Numbered from the stretch's first letter, positions 1 to 15,524 are shown. The stretch: DNA of 64,000 nucleotides from Eledone cirrhosa (GCA_964016885.1 OZ024743.1:102052001-102116000); one strand, 5' to 3'. Notes: a model not told the origin generated them from the letters alone. Program-made: numbers and translations.

Positions 1-282
1 TACGAACATACAAACACACACACACCCCCACTCACATATATATATGTGGATATAAAATCCTAAGCACATGGATATTAATTCACTCACATAAACACTGGCA
101 CACACATTTAGATCAAGATACAGAAATTAGGTGGGAGGGGGGGGGGAGAGGTCAGTATTCAACGGTTTGGGCAGACTGCTTATTATAGATGTATCTATAA
201 ACTAAGAAAATAAAAAATAATAAATAATAAATAAACATTAAAAAGGAAAGAAAAGAAAAAGAAAAAAGAAAAAAGAAATATA

Positions 283-287
283 TCAAG

Positions 288-333
<46 letters not shown>

Positions 334-475
334 CATATATATACATATATATATACATATATATACAAACACATACATACATATACACACATCCACACTT
401 AGAACATACATACACACACATATATAAACATATACATATACACACATACATACATATACACACATACATATAAAT

Positions 476-544
<69 letters not shown>

Positions 545-821
545 TACACATATAATCACACATACTATATAGACACACATATATATACACACATACACGC
601 ACATATACATACACTTACATACTTATATACATACAGATATACACATACATACCTATATATACACACAAATACATACAGACATACATACATACATACAGAC
701 AAATACTTACGCATCCATATATCGGTATATACATACAAACACCACTACACTCTCACACAACTCAGACATACAAAGAAAAAGGTATATACCTATACACATA
801 TACATATACAAATAGAGAAAC

Positions 822-884
<63 letters not shown>

Positions 885-1078
885 CACATACATACACATT
901 CACATACATACACATACATACATGTACACACACATAGATATATATACATACACACATACACACATACATATATAGTCATACACACACATACACCTACACG
1001 AACATACACATACACATATATAAAGATATATATACACACACATACACACATACACACACACACATATATATAAAATAA

Positions 1079-1129
<51 letters not shown>

Positions 1130-1458
1130 CATATACATACACACATACATAGACATATATGTACATACATACACATACATACATACATACACACACATAC
1201 AAACATATATATATACACACATAGACATATACATACATACACACACAACATACATACACACACATATATACTCATACATAGAATTAGATATATATTCATA
1301 CATACATACGCACTTACATATACTCATATATACAAATACATACGCATCCATATATGCGTATATACATAGAAACACCACTACACCCTCACACAACTCAGAC
1401 ATACAAAGAAAAAGGCATATACATATACATATATACACGCATTAATAGAGATATATAT

Positions 1459-1497
<39 letters not shown>

Positions 1498-1706
1498 CAC
1501 TTATATATATAGACCCACACACACATACAACCATAAATACACATACAAACACCCACATATACATATATATACACATATATATATATACACACACATAAAA
1601 AACAGACATGCACATATATATTTTTTTACACATATATATACACATATATATACATATACACACCCTCACATATACACACATACACATAAGTTATATTATA
1701 ATAATA

Positions 1707-1749
<43 letters not shown>

Positions 1750-1996
1750 CGAATATAGACATATATACACACATAGATATATATATATATATACACATAC
1801 ATATACACACACACATACACACACTCACATATATATGTGTGTGCACACACACATATATACACATACACACATATACACGTAAACACATATATGTGTATAC
1901 ATGCACATACACACATATATCCACATAGATACGAAGATAGACATATAAATAGAGAGACATACATATATATACACACACATATATACATACATACAT

Positions 1997-2048
<52 letters not shown>

Positions 2049-2120
2049 ACATACACATATATATACACATGCACATATACACATATATATATACATACAC
2101 ACATATATATACACACACAA
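283..2120. repeat. Compound (TA)n/(CA)n/(TACA)n microsatellite field with a ~100-bp internal duplication (709-810 / 1342-1440)
   Basis: Directly visible dinucleotide runs; ACGCATCCATAT...CAACTCAGACATACAAAGAAAAAGG recurs 633 bp apart. Confidence 0.9.
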
Positions 2121-3243
2121 TCTTACATTCTTATTTGCATGCGCATATATGTATTTTTATATTCAGATATAAATACCCAAACATATATACACCTACCTAC
2201 ATATATATTCATACATACACGCTTACAAACACAGATGATAATAGTATGGGGGAAAGGGGGGGTGGAGAAGGGGATTATAGTAAATATATGTTTCAAGAAA
2301 CATAGAATATTATCCGTATCTGGATCCAATGTATGTTTTTACATAGTTTCAGTGTTAGGAAATACAATAAATAAGAAATAAGGCAAAATTTATGCATTTC
2401 AAAATAAATAAGTATACCATTAATTATATGTTAACTAAACTAAAGATAGTTAACATATTGATTTCTAAGGTGTAAATTAGTTAGGTTTATAATATTTGAA
2501 GCAGAATTTTGAAGTTAAATAGTAGTAGAGTATTAATTATAGTATAATTAAATTAAAGTTAATAACGTTATGGTATCAATATTAGGAAATGAATTTAGTA
2601 ATAGGGAAAAAACAAATAAAGTATTACATCGGTAGTAGAATATAAATTATAGGTTAACTAAATTAAAAATTATATATTTATTTCTATAGTATATGTTAAT
2701 TAGGTATATAATAAATAAAACAGATATTGTATTTTATCAATAGCAGAATATAATTATATGCAAATAGAAATCAAAATTAATACATATACATATACATATA
2801 CATACACATATATATATACATATATATACATATATATATATATATACACACATACACACACATACACATACACATACATATATACATATACATATTTTTT
2901 CAAAAATTGCAAAGAATATATTATGTGTTGGTATGTATATTTAATCTTGATAGTTTGTATAATTTTGTATAATTTTGTACATAGATCTGTTGAATATGCA
3001 TGCCAATTCTAACACATATATATCCTAGAAACGATCGTTAAATAATGAACTTTTTTTGTTTAATATAAGGAACTGTTTCATTGTTTTATTCATTATTTGT
3101 TTAATATTTTATCTTGACTCTGTATACCGTTTATCTTTCACCGAAAGTGATTTTTCATTACATCTCTTCTTTCCATGATATCCGGAATACATTGAGTTCT
3201 TCATACGGATTGGACACTACCGTAAACTCTTGGTAGATTTATC

Positions 3244-3367
<124 letters not shown>

Positions 3368-3386
3368 CATATATATATATTATATC

Positions 3387-3417
<31 letters not shown>

Positions 3418-3449
3418 CATATATATATATATATATATATTTATATTAT

Positions 3450-3751
<302 letters not shown>

Positions 3752-3764
3752 ATATATTATATCT

Positions 3765-3807
<43 letters not shown>

Positions 3808-4035
3808 CATATCTATACTTAGTACATTAAGAGAGAAAGCTATTAGCGATACTCCGACCAACTTCCATCTCATTCAACAAACATTAGGAAATACCTCAGT
3901 ATATTCCCATTTATACGTTTGGGGTGCTAACCATATTGTATTGTGTGGATAGTCGGCTGTAATACAGGGTGTCCCAAGAATGCAGGTTATATTTATTAGA
4001 AAGCTGTTGAAGCGTGTATATATTTTTGGGACACC

Positions 4036-4125
<90 letters not shown>

Positions 4126-4193
4126 AGTTAAGAACTCAGGGTCGTCTTTTAAAATTAAATAGCTCTAAGAAAAAAGCTTTTCCGAGCCTTACA

Positions 4194-4463
4194 ATATAAT
4201 TGAATAAACAAGAGAGATGAACACTAATATAAACATACATGTGTTCGAATCGTAGGGACCAAATTTGCTAGGGTAAAAAAATACCAACTACAGCAATATA
4301 GTTTGTTATCCTTAACTTTAAATATTAAATTATTAAAGAAAAATTAAGAAAATAATATTAATGAAAAATCAAGAAAAGTTTCACCCTAGCAAATTTGGTC
4401 CTTACGATTCGAACACATATATGGTTATATTAGTGTTCATCTCTCTTGTTTATTCAATTATAT
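4194..4463. repeat. Inverted repeat, ~85-bp arms (4194-4278 / 4379-4463)
   Basis: GTGTTCGAATCGTAGGGACCAAATTTGCTAGGGT mirrored by ACCCTAGCAAATTTGGTCCTTACGATTCGAACAC. Confidence 0.9.
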
Positions 4464-4477
4464 ATATATATATATAT

Positions 4478-4630
4478 AGTAATAATAATAAATTTGAAGA
4501 CTAAAATCAAAAGAGGGCTCGATAAGATTTAATGTGTTATTTTAATATATATATATATATATATATATAAATAACAGATTAAATCCTTATCGAGCCCTCT
4601 TTGGATTTTAGTCTTCAAATTTATTATTAT

Positions 4631-4634
<4 letters not shown>
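4478..4634. repeat. Inverted repeat, ~65-bp arms around a (TA)n spacer; related copy at 26220-26280
   Basis: TTTGAAGACTAAAATC..AAGAGGGCTCGATAAG mirrored at 4569-4634. Confidence 0.85.
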
Positions 4635-4688
<54 letters not shown>

Positions 4689-4984
4689 GTCTTTTCACAA
4701 GTAACATAGACACATTTGTGTATTCAAGAAAAAATACTCGTTTCTCTTCACCTCTTCTGTTTATTTTCTGTCTGGTTATTCTCTTATGGTGTTGTTTAAT
4801 CCATCTCTCCGACATCTAAACGTATATGGCAGTGTACAATCTGGTTATAATAATACCCTCCCAACCAAACGTACGAATCTGTATTTCTAGAAGGTTCTTG
4901 AAAAGCAGAATAGATGCTTGTATTGTCGATTCGATTATGTCCCTTTTTCCATGTGCACGTTAGCCTTCACATATCATTATCTTT

Positions 4985-5084
4985 AAGGTTAACTTTGCCT
5001 TTCATCCTTACGGGGTCGATAAAATAAAGTACCAATAATGCACTGGATAATTGTTGGCCTTGTGCCTAACGTAGAAAACATTAT
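4985..5084 (+). mobile_element. tRNA-derived SINE (Octopus-type), 3' part
   Basis: AACTTTGCCTTTCATCCTTACGGGGTCGATAAAATAAAGTACC core shared with all copies. Confidence 0.85.
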
Positions 5085-6135
5085 CTATAAAAGGCAGATT
5101 GTTGTTGTGTGTGTGTGTGTACATGCTGCATGTTTATACATTTGCACAATACCAAACCGATTCGACTCAACATCTGTATGAATGTTCTAAATGGTCAAAC
5201 GTAGGTCAAAGACTATTTATTTCATTCAAACTCACCCACAATTACGGAAATAATCGATAAAACTAAATATATGACGCTTTACCCTCTAATACAATCTGAT
5301 TACCTCTCTCTACTCCCCTTAAAATTCGATAAAACTACATAGATGCTGCAACTTTCTCTTATATACGCTTAAACTTACAAACTTCCTTTAGGAACGCCGA
5401 AGAAAGAAGAGAGAGAAGAGAGTGAGAGGGAGGGAGAGAGAGAACGTTTGTTTTTGAGTGTGGAACGGTGAAACATTTATTTACTTCAATGACAAAGAGA
5501 ACTTATTACATTTCATACGAAACAACAATAATTCAACAGCAACAGATAAATTTATTCAACAACAAAAAAAAAAAAAGCGATAAATCCTTTTAAAAACATC
5601 TCTCAACGAACGTGGAAGAAAGAAGTATCAGTTCATTTACTATACACAATAATATCCACTATGAGGTCACTAAAACTGCTTGAGACAGCATCTAACTCTC
5701 CCCCATATCACACCCCTCAGTACTGTCTTAAATTTAGAAAACATATATCCTCAATGAGGTCACTAAACCTGCTAGAAACAGCAGATAACTCTCCCTCATA
5801 TCACACCACTCCCTACTGTCTTAAATTTAGAAAACACACATTAGACAACCATGCAGAACAACTCCATCGCAGCTCTATTGTTCGACGGGCATCATCTACG
5901 CGCGTGTTGCGCAAGTACTGTGAAACAATAAATTTCAACACTTCTTTGCACAGAGATAATATCCATAGGCGAAACTACAATTGTCACTGCTGGCGCAGCT
6001 CCTGCTTCGGAAGTTCAGGTCTGCAACTCATTCACACAGTGCCTGGCAGACACAAAAGTGCTGCCATAAAATTGGTGGTGCAACCTAACTTTGGTAACTT
6101 ACTGACCCCGAGCAACGCCGGGCTTTAATGCTAGT
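5083..6135 (-). mobile_element. Helentron/HINE-like non-autonomous element containing a 93-bp tandem duplication (5661-5840)
   Basis: Minus-strand start ACTAGCATTAAAGCCCGGCGTTGCTCGGGG matches 13523 and 59873; ends ...TTTTATAGAT next to a (CA)n tract. Confidence 0.6.
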
Positions 6136-6694
6136 ATATATAAATAAATATAAATATAAATAAATAAATATATATATATATACATATTAGAAATTAGTAT
6201 AGAAATACTAATTTCTAATTTAGTCACAAGGTCAGAAAACCCGGTGTGCAATGCAAATTAGATTGCATCAGCTCCTACAATTGCCTGGTTCCTTACTTTT
6301 AAATGCGACGTAAATATTGAAACGAAACCTCGAGAGATAAAACTTATAAATTAATCCCCGTGTGAGTGAGTTCAAATAAATAACGTGTGATGTCTACGTC
6401 AGATTGTTTGTATATAAGTCAATATTTAGAATAGTGTATCTCGTAGTTTGAAACTAGTATAGTTAATTTTCCTCAAAAATGAATTACTAAATCTCTCAGA
6501 TAATTATACTAACAGTAGGAGGGGATCTTTCGTGATTAAAGATAATAACCACCTGGTCGATGTTTTGTGTACGTGATCAGTCGAACTTCGGATATAAAAA
6601 ACAAAAATACACACATACCACAAACAAATTGTATTGCTGAGGCGTAGAACAGGAAATGCGATAACATTGAGGTAATAGCGAATGTGCGCGCGCG

Positions 6695-6729
<35 letters not shown>

Positions 6730-7099
6730 CACACATACACACACCAGACATCAGATGCAAACTGTGCTCAAATCCAACCGTGTTGCGAATAAAAAGTGAA
6801 TAAGAGGAATTCTGACCTCATGGCAATTACAAGCTGAAACGACTTTTTGAAAGCCATACTATATTTGCGGACGCAACATGGACGAACTTTTCAGTGAGAG
6901 GTCCCGCCTCCCACTTATTAGGTCTCGTGTTCGATTTCACTGCGTGGCATCTTGAGCTAGTGTTATTTATCATAGTCTCGGGTGACCCCATACTTTCAGC
7001 GTAAACTTCAATAAACGGAAACTGTTTAGAATGGATTTTACTTGTATTTCAAAGTACCAGGTGTCTGGTTGGATTTGCCTGAAGAGTGCGATATGGGTC

Positions 7100-7190
7100 T
7101 ATGTGTCTGTGGAATGCTCAGCCACTTGTTCGTTAATTTTACGGACAAGCCGTTCCGTTGATCGAATAATTGGAACACTCATCATTGAAG
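7100..7190 (+). mobile_element. Dispersed repeat fragment (SINE 3' region); other copies 13090-13185, 39370-39490, 44290-44385
   Basis: Shared motif TGGAAT.CTCAG...CCGTTGATCGA..AA.TGGAACACTC.TC. Confidence 0.65.
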
Positions 7191-7221
7191 CATACGTAGG
7201 TCTATTCCTGGGGTATTTTGA

Positions 7222-7392
7222 ATATAATTGTTTCTACCTTTTGGCACAAGTCCAGCAATTATCTCATTGCATTACTGGTACTTTATTTTAGCGACCCCGT
7301 AAGGATGAAAAGCAAAGTTAACCTCGGCGGGATTTGAACCGTAACTCTAAGCTGCAATGCATGGCGTCCGACCCTCTCCCGATACTGCCAAT
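7222..7392 (-). mobile_element. tRNA-derived SINE
   Basis: Reverse complement of SINE consensus with A box (TGGCAGTATCGG) and B box (GTTCAAATCC). Confidence 0.9.
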
Positions 7393-8125
7393 ATAATATT
7401 ACAAGCTAAGGAAACCTGTAGCAATTTATCAGGTAAATTGTTTTTAATACATCCGTCAGCATGACGGGTGCAACAGTATCAACTCTATTGCAACTCTATC
7501 AGAAATTACGGGTCCACACATACATACAAATGATAAAAGATATTACAGACAGGATCACTACATTTTAAATAGGACATGTATGACTACATAGTCTACTTTA
7601 TCCTTTTCCATTTTTAAGTCGGTAGTGTGCAGATTTGATGAGACATATTTGCTACATTTAGCAGATCGAACGAACGTGTAGAAGCGCTATCATTGATTGA
7701 TTAACTAGCATGCTATCTATACGGTCGCTTACACTAATCCAATAATAACTATACAATTATAAATATCCGTTGATTTTTCAATGGGACTTTGGATCGATAT
7801 GAGAATACAAGTGGTGAACAAATATACATTTTGGACGGACATAATATTGGAAACAAATGTTCATGTCCCAATATAACCATTGATATCAGAAATATTATGT
7901 ATTGAAATATTGCGTTTATTTAATCTCTTTTCTAAATTACCAAACCATACACCAAACACTAAAAATGTTAACCATTAGTTTATATAATAATTACCAAATT
8001 TGAATTGTTCGAAAAAATAAAATAGTGATGTTATATACACGTAGATTTTAACAAGTTCAACTTATTCCATACTGGCATAAATACACACTTTTGTTTTTAT
8101 ACATATTTCTATACACAAGGGCCTT

Positions 8126-8310
8126 GGATTCGCTGTATCGGTAGAGGGTCGGGCCAAATGCTTTGCAGCATAGAATTACGGCCCTTTACGGTCTGAGTTC
8201 AAATATCGCCGAGGTTAAATTTGCCTTTCATCCTTACGGGGTCGATAAAATAAAACACCATTAATGCACTCGGATAATTGCTGGCCTTGTGCCTAAAGTA
8301 GTAAACAATT
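8126..8310 (+). mobile_element. tRNA-derived SINE
   Basis: GTATCGGTAGAGGGTCGG...GAGTTCAAAT...GGGGTCGATAAAATAAA. Confidence 0.9.
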
Positions 8311-8341
8311 CTTTTTATACACATTTTATATCCCCAAACAC

Positions 8342-8450
<109 letters not shown>

Positions 8451-8651
8451 GGAGGTGAGTTTTATTATTTTTGAAAGGCGCATAATAAAATACTTGGAAC
8501 TCTTTTAACCATCTTTTGTGACGTCATACACGCCGAAAGCTAAGTCACCATCGACGACGCTTGAAAACGACTTAGGAAAAATTTAAATAAAAATAAAAAT
8601 GTTATCCCAAAGAGAGGAAATTGGAACTTTATCCACTGAAGGTTCCTTAAA

Positions 8652-8687
8652 CCCTGGTGAAGGGACTTTTAGGTCCCGAAATATTGG
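8652..8687 (+). ncRNA. Minimal hammerhead-like motif with variant core (duplicate at 10310-10345)
   Basis: cc-CTGGTGA-A-GGGAC-ttttag-GTCCC-GAAA-TATT-gg; A6 replaced by G. Confidence 0.45.
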
Positions 8688-8939
8688 ACAGATAAAAGAA
8701 GAAGAAGAACAACAACAAAACTAAGATTTCCAGGTAACCTTTACTTTTCGTCACCTCGTCTTACATTCCCTTTCGCCTTTTTTAGCCTACTATCTCTTTC
8801 AATGTTATATATATATACTGATGATTTCCTTCGAATGAAACAATTCTAGTCCCGTAGAAGCCATTTTTATATTAAACATTATATACTCTGCTATGTATTG
8901 GGTACCTTACTTATGTGGTTACCCCAGATTGAACCCGGG

Positions 8940-9073
<134 letters not shown>

Positions 9074-9866
9074 TTATATATATACCCATAATACCCGTCT
9101 ATATTAACTCCATAATTAAGGAGTAGTAAGCTTTAAACAGAAAGTTGTCACTATTATACCAGGACATGCCAATGAAAAGATAAACATCAACTCAGAGAAG
9201 CATTTTTTATGTTCTATTACAAGGGAAAATTGCTGGATTTGTGCCTAAAGTAGAAACAATTATTATAACAGGGAGAAATTATCAAGTTTGGGGAAAATAT
9301 TAGTCATGAAAATTGTTCTGCCACAGACCATAGAATCGTAAATTTTAGGCCACATGTGGTATGCGTGCCGCGTGTTTCAAATCAAGAACAAATTACTAAC
9401 ATCATTTTCAAAATTAGATATACTTTAATGTATTCGTATTCTGGCAAATGTAAAGAATCGATATTTATATGAAAATATAAGCTAAATATGATTTCTCGTA
9501 TTGCCCTAAGCCCCCCCCCCCCCCCAACAAAAATGAATAGTAACGATTTGTCTTTATCTGAATCAATTTCATTAGTTACATGGTACGTATTTTGTTGACC
9601 TACAAGAGCCAGGTTGAACTTCCGAAGAGCGATAGAGTTAAATAAGACATCATTTAGTTAGGAACTCCACTGATCTTATAAACTAAAAACTGAAATTCAG
9701 AGGTGCGAGTGAGAAGATACTATTCTTCAATAGACTTGATAACTTTCGAAAAATATTTGCATATACCTGTCTTCAGATTTCATATCGAGCCTATATATCC
9801 AAGGATCGACAAAATAAACACTAGTCATATGCTATGTTTCTTATATTTTTCTTTCAGTAATTTTGT

Positions 9867-10050
9867 TGGTGAATTGGCAGTATCGGTAGAGGGTCGGACA
9901 TGCTTTCCAGCATAGTTAAGTCCCTTTACGATCTGAGTTCAAATTCCGCCGAGGTTAACTTTGCCTTTCATCCTTACGGGGTCGATAAAATAAAGTACCA
10001 TTAATGTACTGGGATAATTGCTGGCCTTGTGCCTAAAGTAGTAAACAATT
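9867..10050 (+). mobile_element. tRNA-derived SINE (recombinant copy at the duplication junction)
   Basis: Body like the 11500 copy; 3' end and flank like the 8126 copy. Confidence 0.9.
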
Positions 10051-10615
10051 CTTTTTATACACATTTTATATCCCCAAACACGTATATATATATATATATA
10101 TGTATGTAGGAGGTGAGTTTTATTGTTTTTGAAAGGCGCATAATAAAATACTTGGAACTCTTTTAACCATCTTTTGTGACGTCATACACGCCGAAAGCTA
10201 AGTCACCATCGACGACGCTTGAAAACGACTTAGGAAAAATTTAAATAAAAATAAAAATGTTATCCCAAAGAGAGGAAATTGGAACTTTATCCACTGAAGG
10301 TTCCTTAAACCCTGGTGAAGGGACTTTTAGGTCCCGAAATATTGGACAGATAAAAGAAGAAGAAGAACAACAACAAAACTAAGATTTCCAGGTAACCTTT
10401 ACTTTTCGTCACCTCGTCTTACATTCCCTTTCGCCTTTTTTAGCCTACTATCTCTTTCAATGTTATATATATATACTGATGATTTCCTTCGAATGAAACA
10501 ATTCTAGTCCCGTAGAAGCCATTTTTATATTAAACATTATATACTCTGCTATGTATTGGGTACCTTACTTATGTGGTTACCCCAGATTGAACCCGGGATA
10601 CACACACACACACAG

Positions 10616-10703
<88 letters not shown>

Positions 10704-11499
10704 TTATATATATACCCATAATACCCGTCTATATTAACTCCATAATTAAGGAGTAGTAAGCTTTAAACAGAAAGTTGTCACTATTATACCAGGACATGCC
10801 AATGAAAAGATAAACATCAACTCAGAGAAGCATTTTTTATGTTCTATTACAAGGGAAAATTGCTGGATTTGTGCCTAAAGTAGAAACAATTATTATAACA
10901 GGGAGAAATTATCAAGTTTGGGGAAAATATTAGTCATGAAAATTGTTCTGCCACAGACCATAGAATCGTAAATTTTAGGCCACATGTGGTATGCGTGCCG
11001 CGTGTTTCAAATCGAGAACAAATTACTAACATCATTTTCAAAATTAGATATACTTTAATGTATTCGTATTCTGGCAAATGTAAAGAATCGATATTTATAT
11101 GAAAATATAAGCTAAATATGATTTCTCGTATTGCCCGAAGCCCCCCCCCCCCCCCCAAAAAAAAAATGAATAGTAACGATTTGTCTTTATCTGAATCAAT
11201 TTCATTAGTTACATGGTACGTATTTTGTTGACCTACAAGAGCCAGGTTGAACTTCCGAAGAGCGATAGAGTTAAATAAGACATCATTTAGTTAGGAACTC
11301 CACTGATCTTATAAACTAAAAACTGAAATTCAGAGGTGCGAGTGAGAAGATACCATTCTTCAATAGACTTGATAACTTTCGAAAAATATTTGCATATACC
11401 TGTCTTCAGATTTCATATCGAGCCTATATATCCAAGGATCGACAAAATAAACACTAGTCATATGCTATGTTTCTTATATTTTTCTTTCAGTAATTTTGT

Positions 11500-11885
11500 T
11501 GGTTAATTGGCAGTATCGGTAGAGGGTCGGACATGCTTTCCAGCATAGTTAAGTCCCTTTACGATCTGAGTTCAAATTCCGCCGAGGTTAACTTTGCCTT
11601 TCATCCTTACGGGGTCGATAAAATAAAGTACCATTAATGTACTGGGATAATTGCTGGCCTTGTGCCAAAAGCACAAACCATTATTACACGCATTTCCAAG
11701 CTGGTGGATTGACAGTATCACTAGAGCTTCGTACAGCATGCTTTGCAGCATAGAGCTACGGACATTTTATCTTTCACCTTACGGGGGCGATAATCTAAAG
11801 TATCAGTAAAGCACTGGGGTCGATTTAATCGACATCCTCTCCCCCGAAATTGTTGGCCTTGTGCCTAAATCAGATGCCATTATTA
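11500..11885 (+). mobile_element. Two adjacent tRNA-derived SINE copies
   Basis: SINE consensus 11500-11685; older variant with longer tail 11700-11885. Confidence 0.85.
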
Positions 11886-12059
11886 CACGCGTCTCCGAGT
11901 AGGGTGATATGAAGTACCCGAATAAGGGAAGTTTAGATAACGAATAATTTACGAGGTAATTGAAGGGCGTGTTCTTTCAAAACACCAAAAATCACATGAA
12001 CAAATTTCTTCTTCCAAATTCCAGCGAAATTAATCAACTACACTCAATATTTTTCTCAT

Positions 12060-12265
12060 TTAGATTTCAAAGTCAGCAAATTTTGGCTAAGGGCAAAGTT
12101 GATTAAATCAACCCTAGTACTTGACTGGTACTTTAGGTTATCAACCCAAAAGTTTGAAAGCCAAAGTCGTGCGCGGTAGGATTTGAACTCAGAATGTAAA
12201 ATACCAAAACAAATACCGCAATGGCATTGTATCCAACGCTCTACCAATTCTGCAAATTCTCCACT
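12060..12265 (-). mobile_element. Diverged tRNA-derived SINE
   Basis: GGATTTGAACTCAGA (B box, reverse complement) and CTCTACCAATTCTGC (A-box region, reverse complement). Confidence 0.7.
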
Positions 12266-13522
12266 TTATATCAATATAAAAAAAAAATGCTTACTGCTAC
12301 ACTAGTTTTTTACTGCTTAATCAAGGAATGAAGGGCGGTGCGCGTGACCTTCTATGGTGCCACCAAGAATGATGGAAGTAGGGTGGAAGGTATATTCAAA
12401 CTGGAAATTTAGTCTTAATACTTGCAACAGAAAGAACAACATTAATGACCCTGAAGTGTAAGCTAGTGGTGTTAAATCGGATAACAGATTAAGTCTACCC
12501 TACCTCACCATTATTAACTCTACCTTCCAGGTCTTTATTGAGCCTGAATTTGATGAAAATAATTCTAGTGGTGACATTGATTTTGTCAGATATTTTCTAC
12601 CTGACTACATTAATCAATATTACATTCTATATATTGGCTCCTATAAAATGCTGGATGGGATCTGAGAGTGATTTAGGTGGCTGTCATATCTGATAGTTCC
12701 AGTAGCAGGCAACGTTTCCGTCAGCAGCTGATACTATTTTGTAGTTTTAATTGTAAGGAAGGGTAAAGATCCTCTTCCGTCACGAGTGGACCATCGGATT
12801 TGCACCTAGAAAGTTGCTCTCCAATTATATAATATATACTCTATAAGCAAGCATGTGGACGAAGCATGGAAGAATAGTTAAGAGGTTCTCTGAATCCTTA
12901 TTTTCACGTAATCTTTATATTCATTGTTCGATCCTACATAACCCCGAGGTGACCCGTGCCATGTGAATGAAATTTTATAGACTTAAATTGACTAGAAGCT
13001 CTTCGGACGGATTGTACATGTTATTCAAAGGACCACCCATTTCACACCCCGTCACAGTAAATCTCAATAACAATTACGTTGTGTACACGTGTCTATGGAA
13101 TACTCAGCTATTTCCGCATAAATTTCACGAGCCAGCTGGTCCGTTGATCGAGCAACTGGAACACTCATCGTCAAAACCAACGCAGGATACATTATGACTA
13201 AACACTGATCAACGTAGAGAAAACTGAATAGAAAGAAAATATAACAAAACCAACAAAACCCCACAGGAAATAAAATTGAAAATATAAAGTTTGAATGAAA
13301 CCATTTCCGTTTCTCCCATCGAATATAGTAAGTGATTTGAATGTTTATTACGTTTTTGATCTATGATTCTATTTTTTATTTGGAGCGTATAAAATGTGTG
13401 CATTATTTAAATTTTTTTTTGTATTTTATCTACACTGTTTAGTTTGTTACTCACGGCATGATATAGTTTTTCTTATATAGATATGACATTGTTTTGGTTA
13501 GTATAAGTATGATATAATGATT

Positions 13523-13775
13523 ACTAGCAGAATGGCCCGGCTTTGCTCGGGATTCTAAACATAGATTGGCATGTTTATCCCTCCTTTCTAATACCGTACA
13601 GAGAAGTACGGAATACCTCGGCCTCGAGATGGTATCTACATTTTGTGCTTATAAAAAAAATTTCGTCGTAGATTACCAGGGTTTTTTTCCGTGCGAAGAA
13701 AATCCATAGTTTATCGCGAAATAAATACTTTTGATTTTATTTTGTTATTGTGTATGCAAAAATATCTGTACACGA

Positions 13776-13870
<95 letters not shown>

Positions 13871-14352
13871 TAACAGATTAAACTTTAAGCAAAGAATCGC
13901 TGCTTTCACCCTTAACGGGATCTTCTGAAACTAAAATAATCAATATGTGAACGCAGAAGTAAATATTTCGAAAAACGTTACACACTATATATATATACGC
14001 ACACTATATTTACATACACTCACACACACACACACACACAAACACCCCCCCCCCCCCCACACACACATAGTATCATAATGTCGTAATGCAGACAGCTAGG
14101 CATACAGACAGATATTATAAGGGCGCAATGTATCTCTCTAAAAAGAAAAACTAAGAATTAAAGAGAGAGATCGCTAAATCGCCTAATGCGGTCCCTAGGG
14201 CATTGAAAATTTGAAATGTATTTTGCTCAAAACACTCACAGGACCATAAATATTACATGTGTAAAGTTTGAAAACAATCGGTTGGGTGGTTATCAAGTTT
14301 TAGTGAGTCAGACATACATACAGACAGACATTCTCTGTTTTAGATATATAGA
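13523..14352 (+). mobile_element. Helentron/HINE-like non-autonomous element with nested microsatellites
   Basis: Starts ACTAGCAGAATGGCCCGGCTTTGCTCGGG; ends CAGACAGACATTCTCTGTTTTAGATATATAGA. Confidence 0.65.
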
Positions 14353-14489
14353 TTAGTATAGGCATGACATAATATTTATTAATATAGGTAAAAGAGAGGG
14401 AATATTAATTTTTGATATTAATTTTGAGTTCAGAGCAGTGGGTTGTCAGTATTTGAAGAGCGTCGAACAAATGATTTGTGGTATATAGT

Positions 14490-14650
14490 TACACCCCTTT
14501 ATGATCTGAGTTCAAATCCTGCCGAAGTTGGCTTTACATTTCATCCTTACGGGGTCGATAAAATAAAGTACCAGTAATGTACTGGGGTAGATTTAATCGA
14601 CATTCCTCTCCTTCAATTTGTTGGCCTTGTGCCTAAATTAGAAACAAATA
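14490..14650 (+). mobile_element. tRNA-derived SINE
   Basis: GATCTGAGTTCAAATCC...GGGGTCGATAAAATAAAGTACCAG. Confidence 0.85.
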
Positions 14651-14832
14651 TTAATATTGAGTTCTATTTTTATACAATTTAGCTTTCAATTTCAATAACA
14701 TTATGTTTAAATTTTAACGTTTATTGAGCAGAGTTTTATTCATTCTAGAGATGCATAGGGTCTATGAGCGCGAATTACCTCGCGTTATGGTTTAATTTAA
14801 TGTCAAATTAATCTATCTTCCTCTCCCTCTCC

Positions 14833-14936
<104 letters not shown>

Positions 14937-14940
14937 TGTA

Positions 14941-14999
<59 letters not shown>

Positions 15000-15524
15000 A
15001 GAAAAAATAAATTAAATTTGTGCAGATCAGATGCGCAAACAAAATAAATATAGAAGATTGCTTACCAAATATTATTTTCCCAGCGTGTTCCTTGCAAGGC
15101 GTACGATAATAATCCAGTTAAAGAGGTTATGGTACAATTTACAAGGAGGAGATGAAGGAGTATTTATAATAATAAGTATGGTACCAGGAATAACAGGAAT
15201 AACCAGTCAGGAAGAATTGTTCAGAATGTGAAATTATTGAAAGTTCGTTCCTTAACCGTCTTCCTGCGCTGACCGCACACCCCATGCTCAATTGCATGCA
15301 TTACGTAATAAATTATTGCACTTCATCAGAAAGAGAGTCAGTGTTGTAGTCTAAGGCGAGGTCGTTGCATTTTGCAATACGTACTACTTTCTGCTAACTG
15401 CTTCGAGGTACAAACCACTGGTACGTAGAGAAAGTTAGAATCAAAATGTAACAGAAGTGGTAGGCGGAAATAATAAGCTAAAAATAAGAAGCGCAGATAA
15501 GTAAAAATAAGCAAAAATAAATAA

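Noticed and set aside
152-2172. Many long ORFs rich in YI/CV/HT repeats here and throughout the window
   Set aside because: Translations of dinucleotide microsatellites, which lack stop codons; not genes
5661-6128. 155-aa ORF with an internal 31-aa repeat
   Set aside because: Lies antisense inside a non-autonomous element; the repeat is a 93-bp DNA duplication; no recognisable domain
13890-13930. CAGAAGA-TCCC/GGGT-GAAA hammerhead-like motif (related copy near 33800)
   Set aside because: Core mutated, and stems I and III could not be formed
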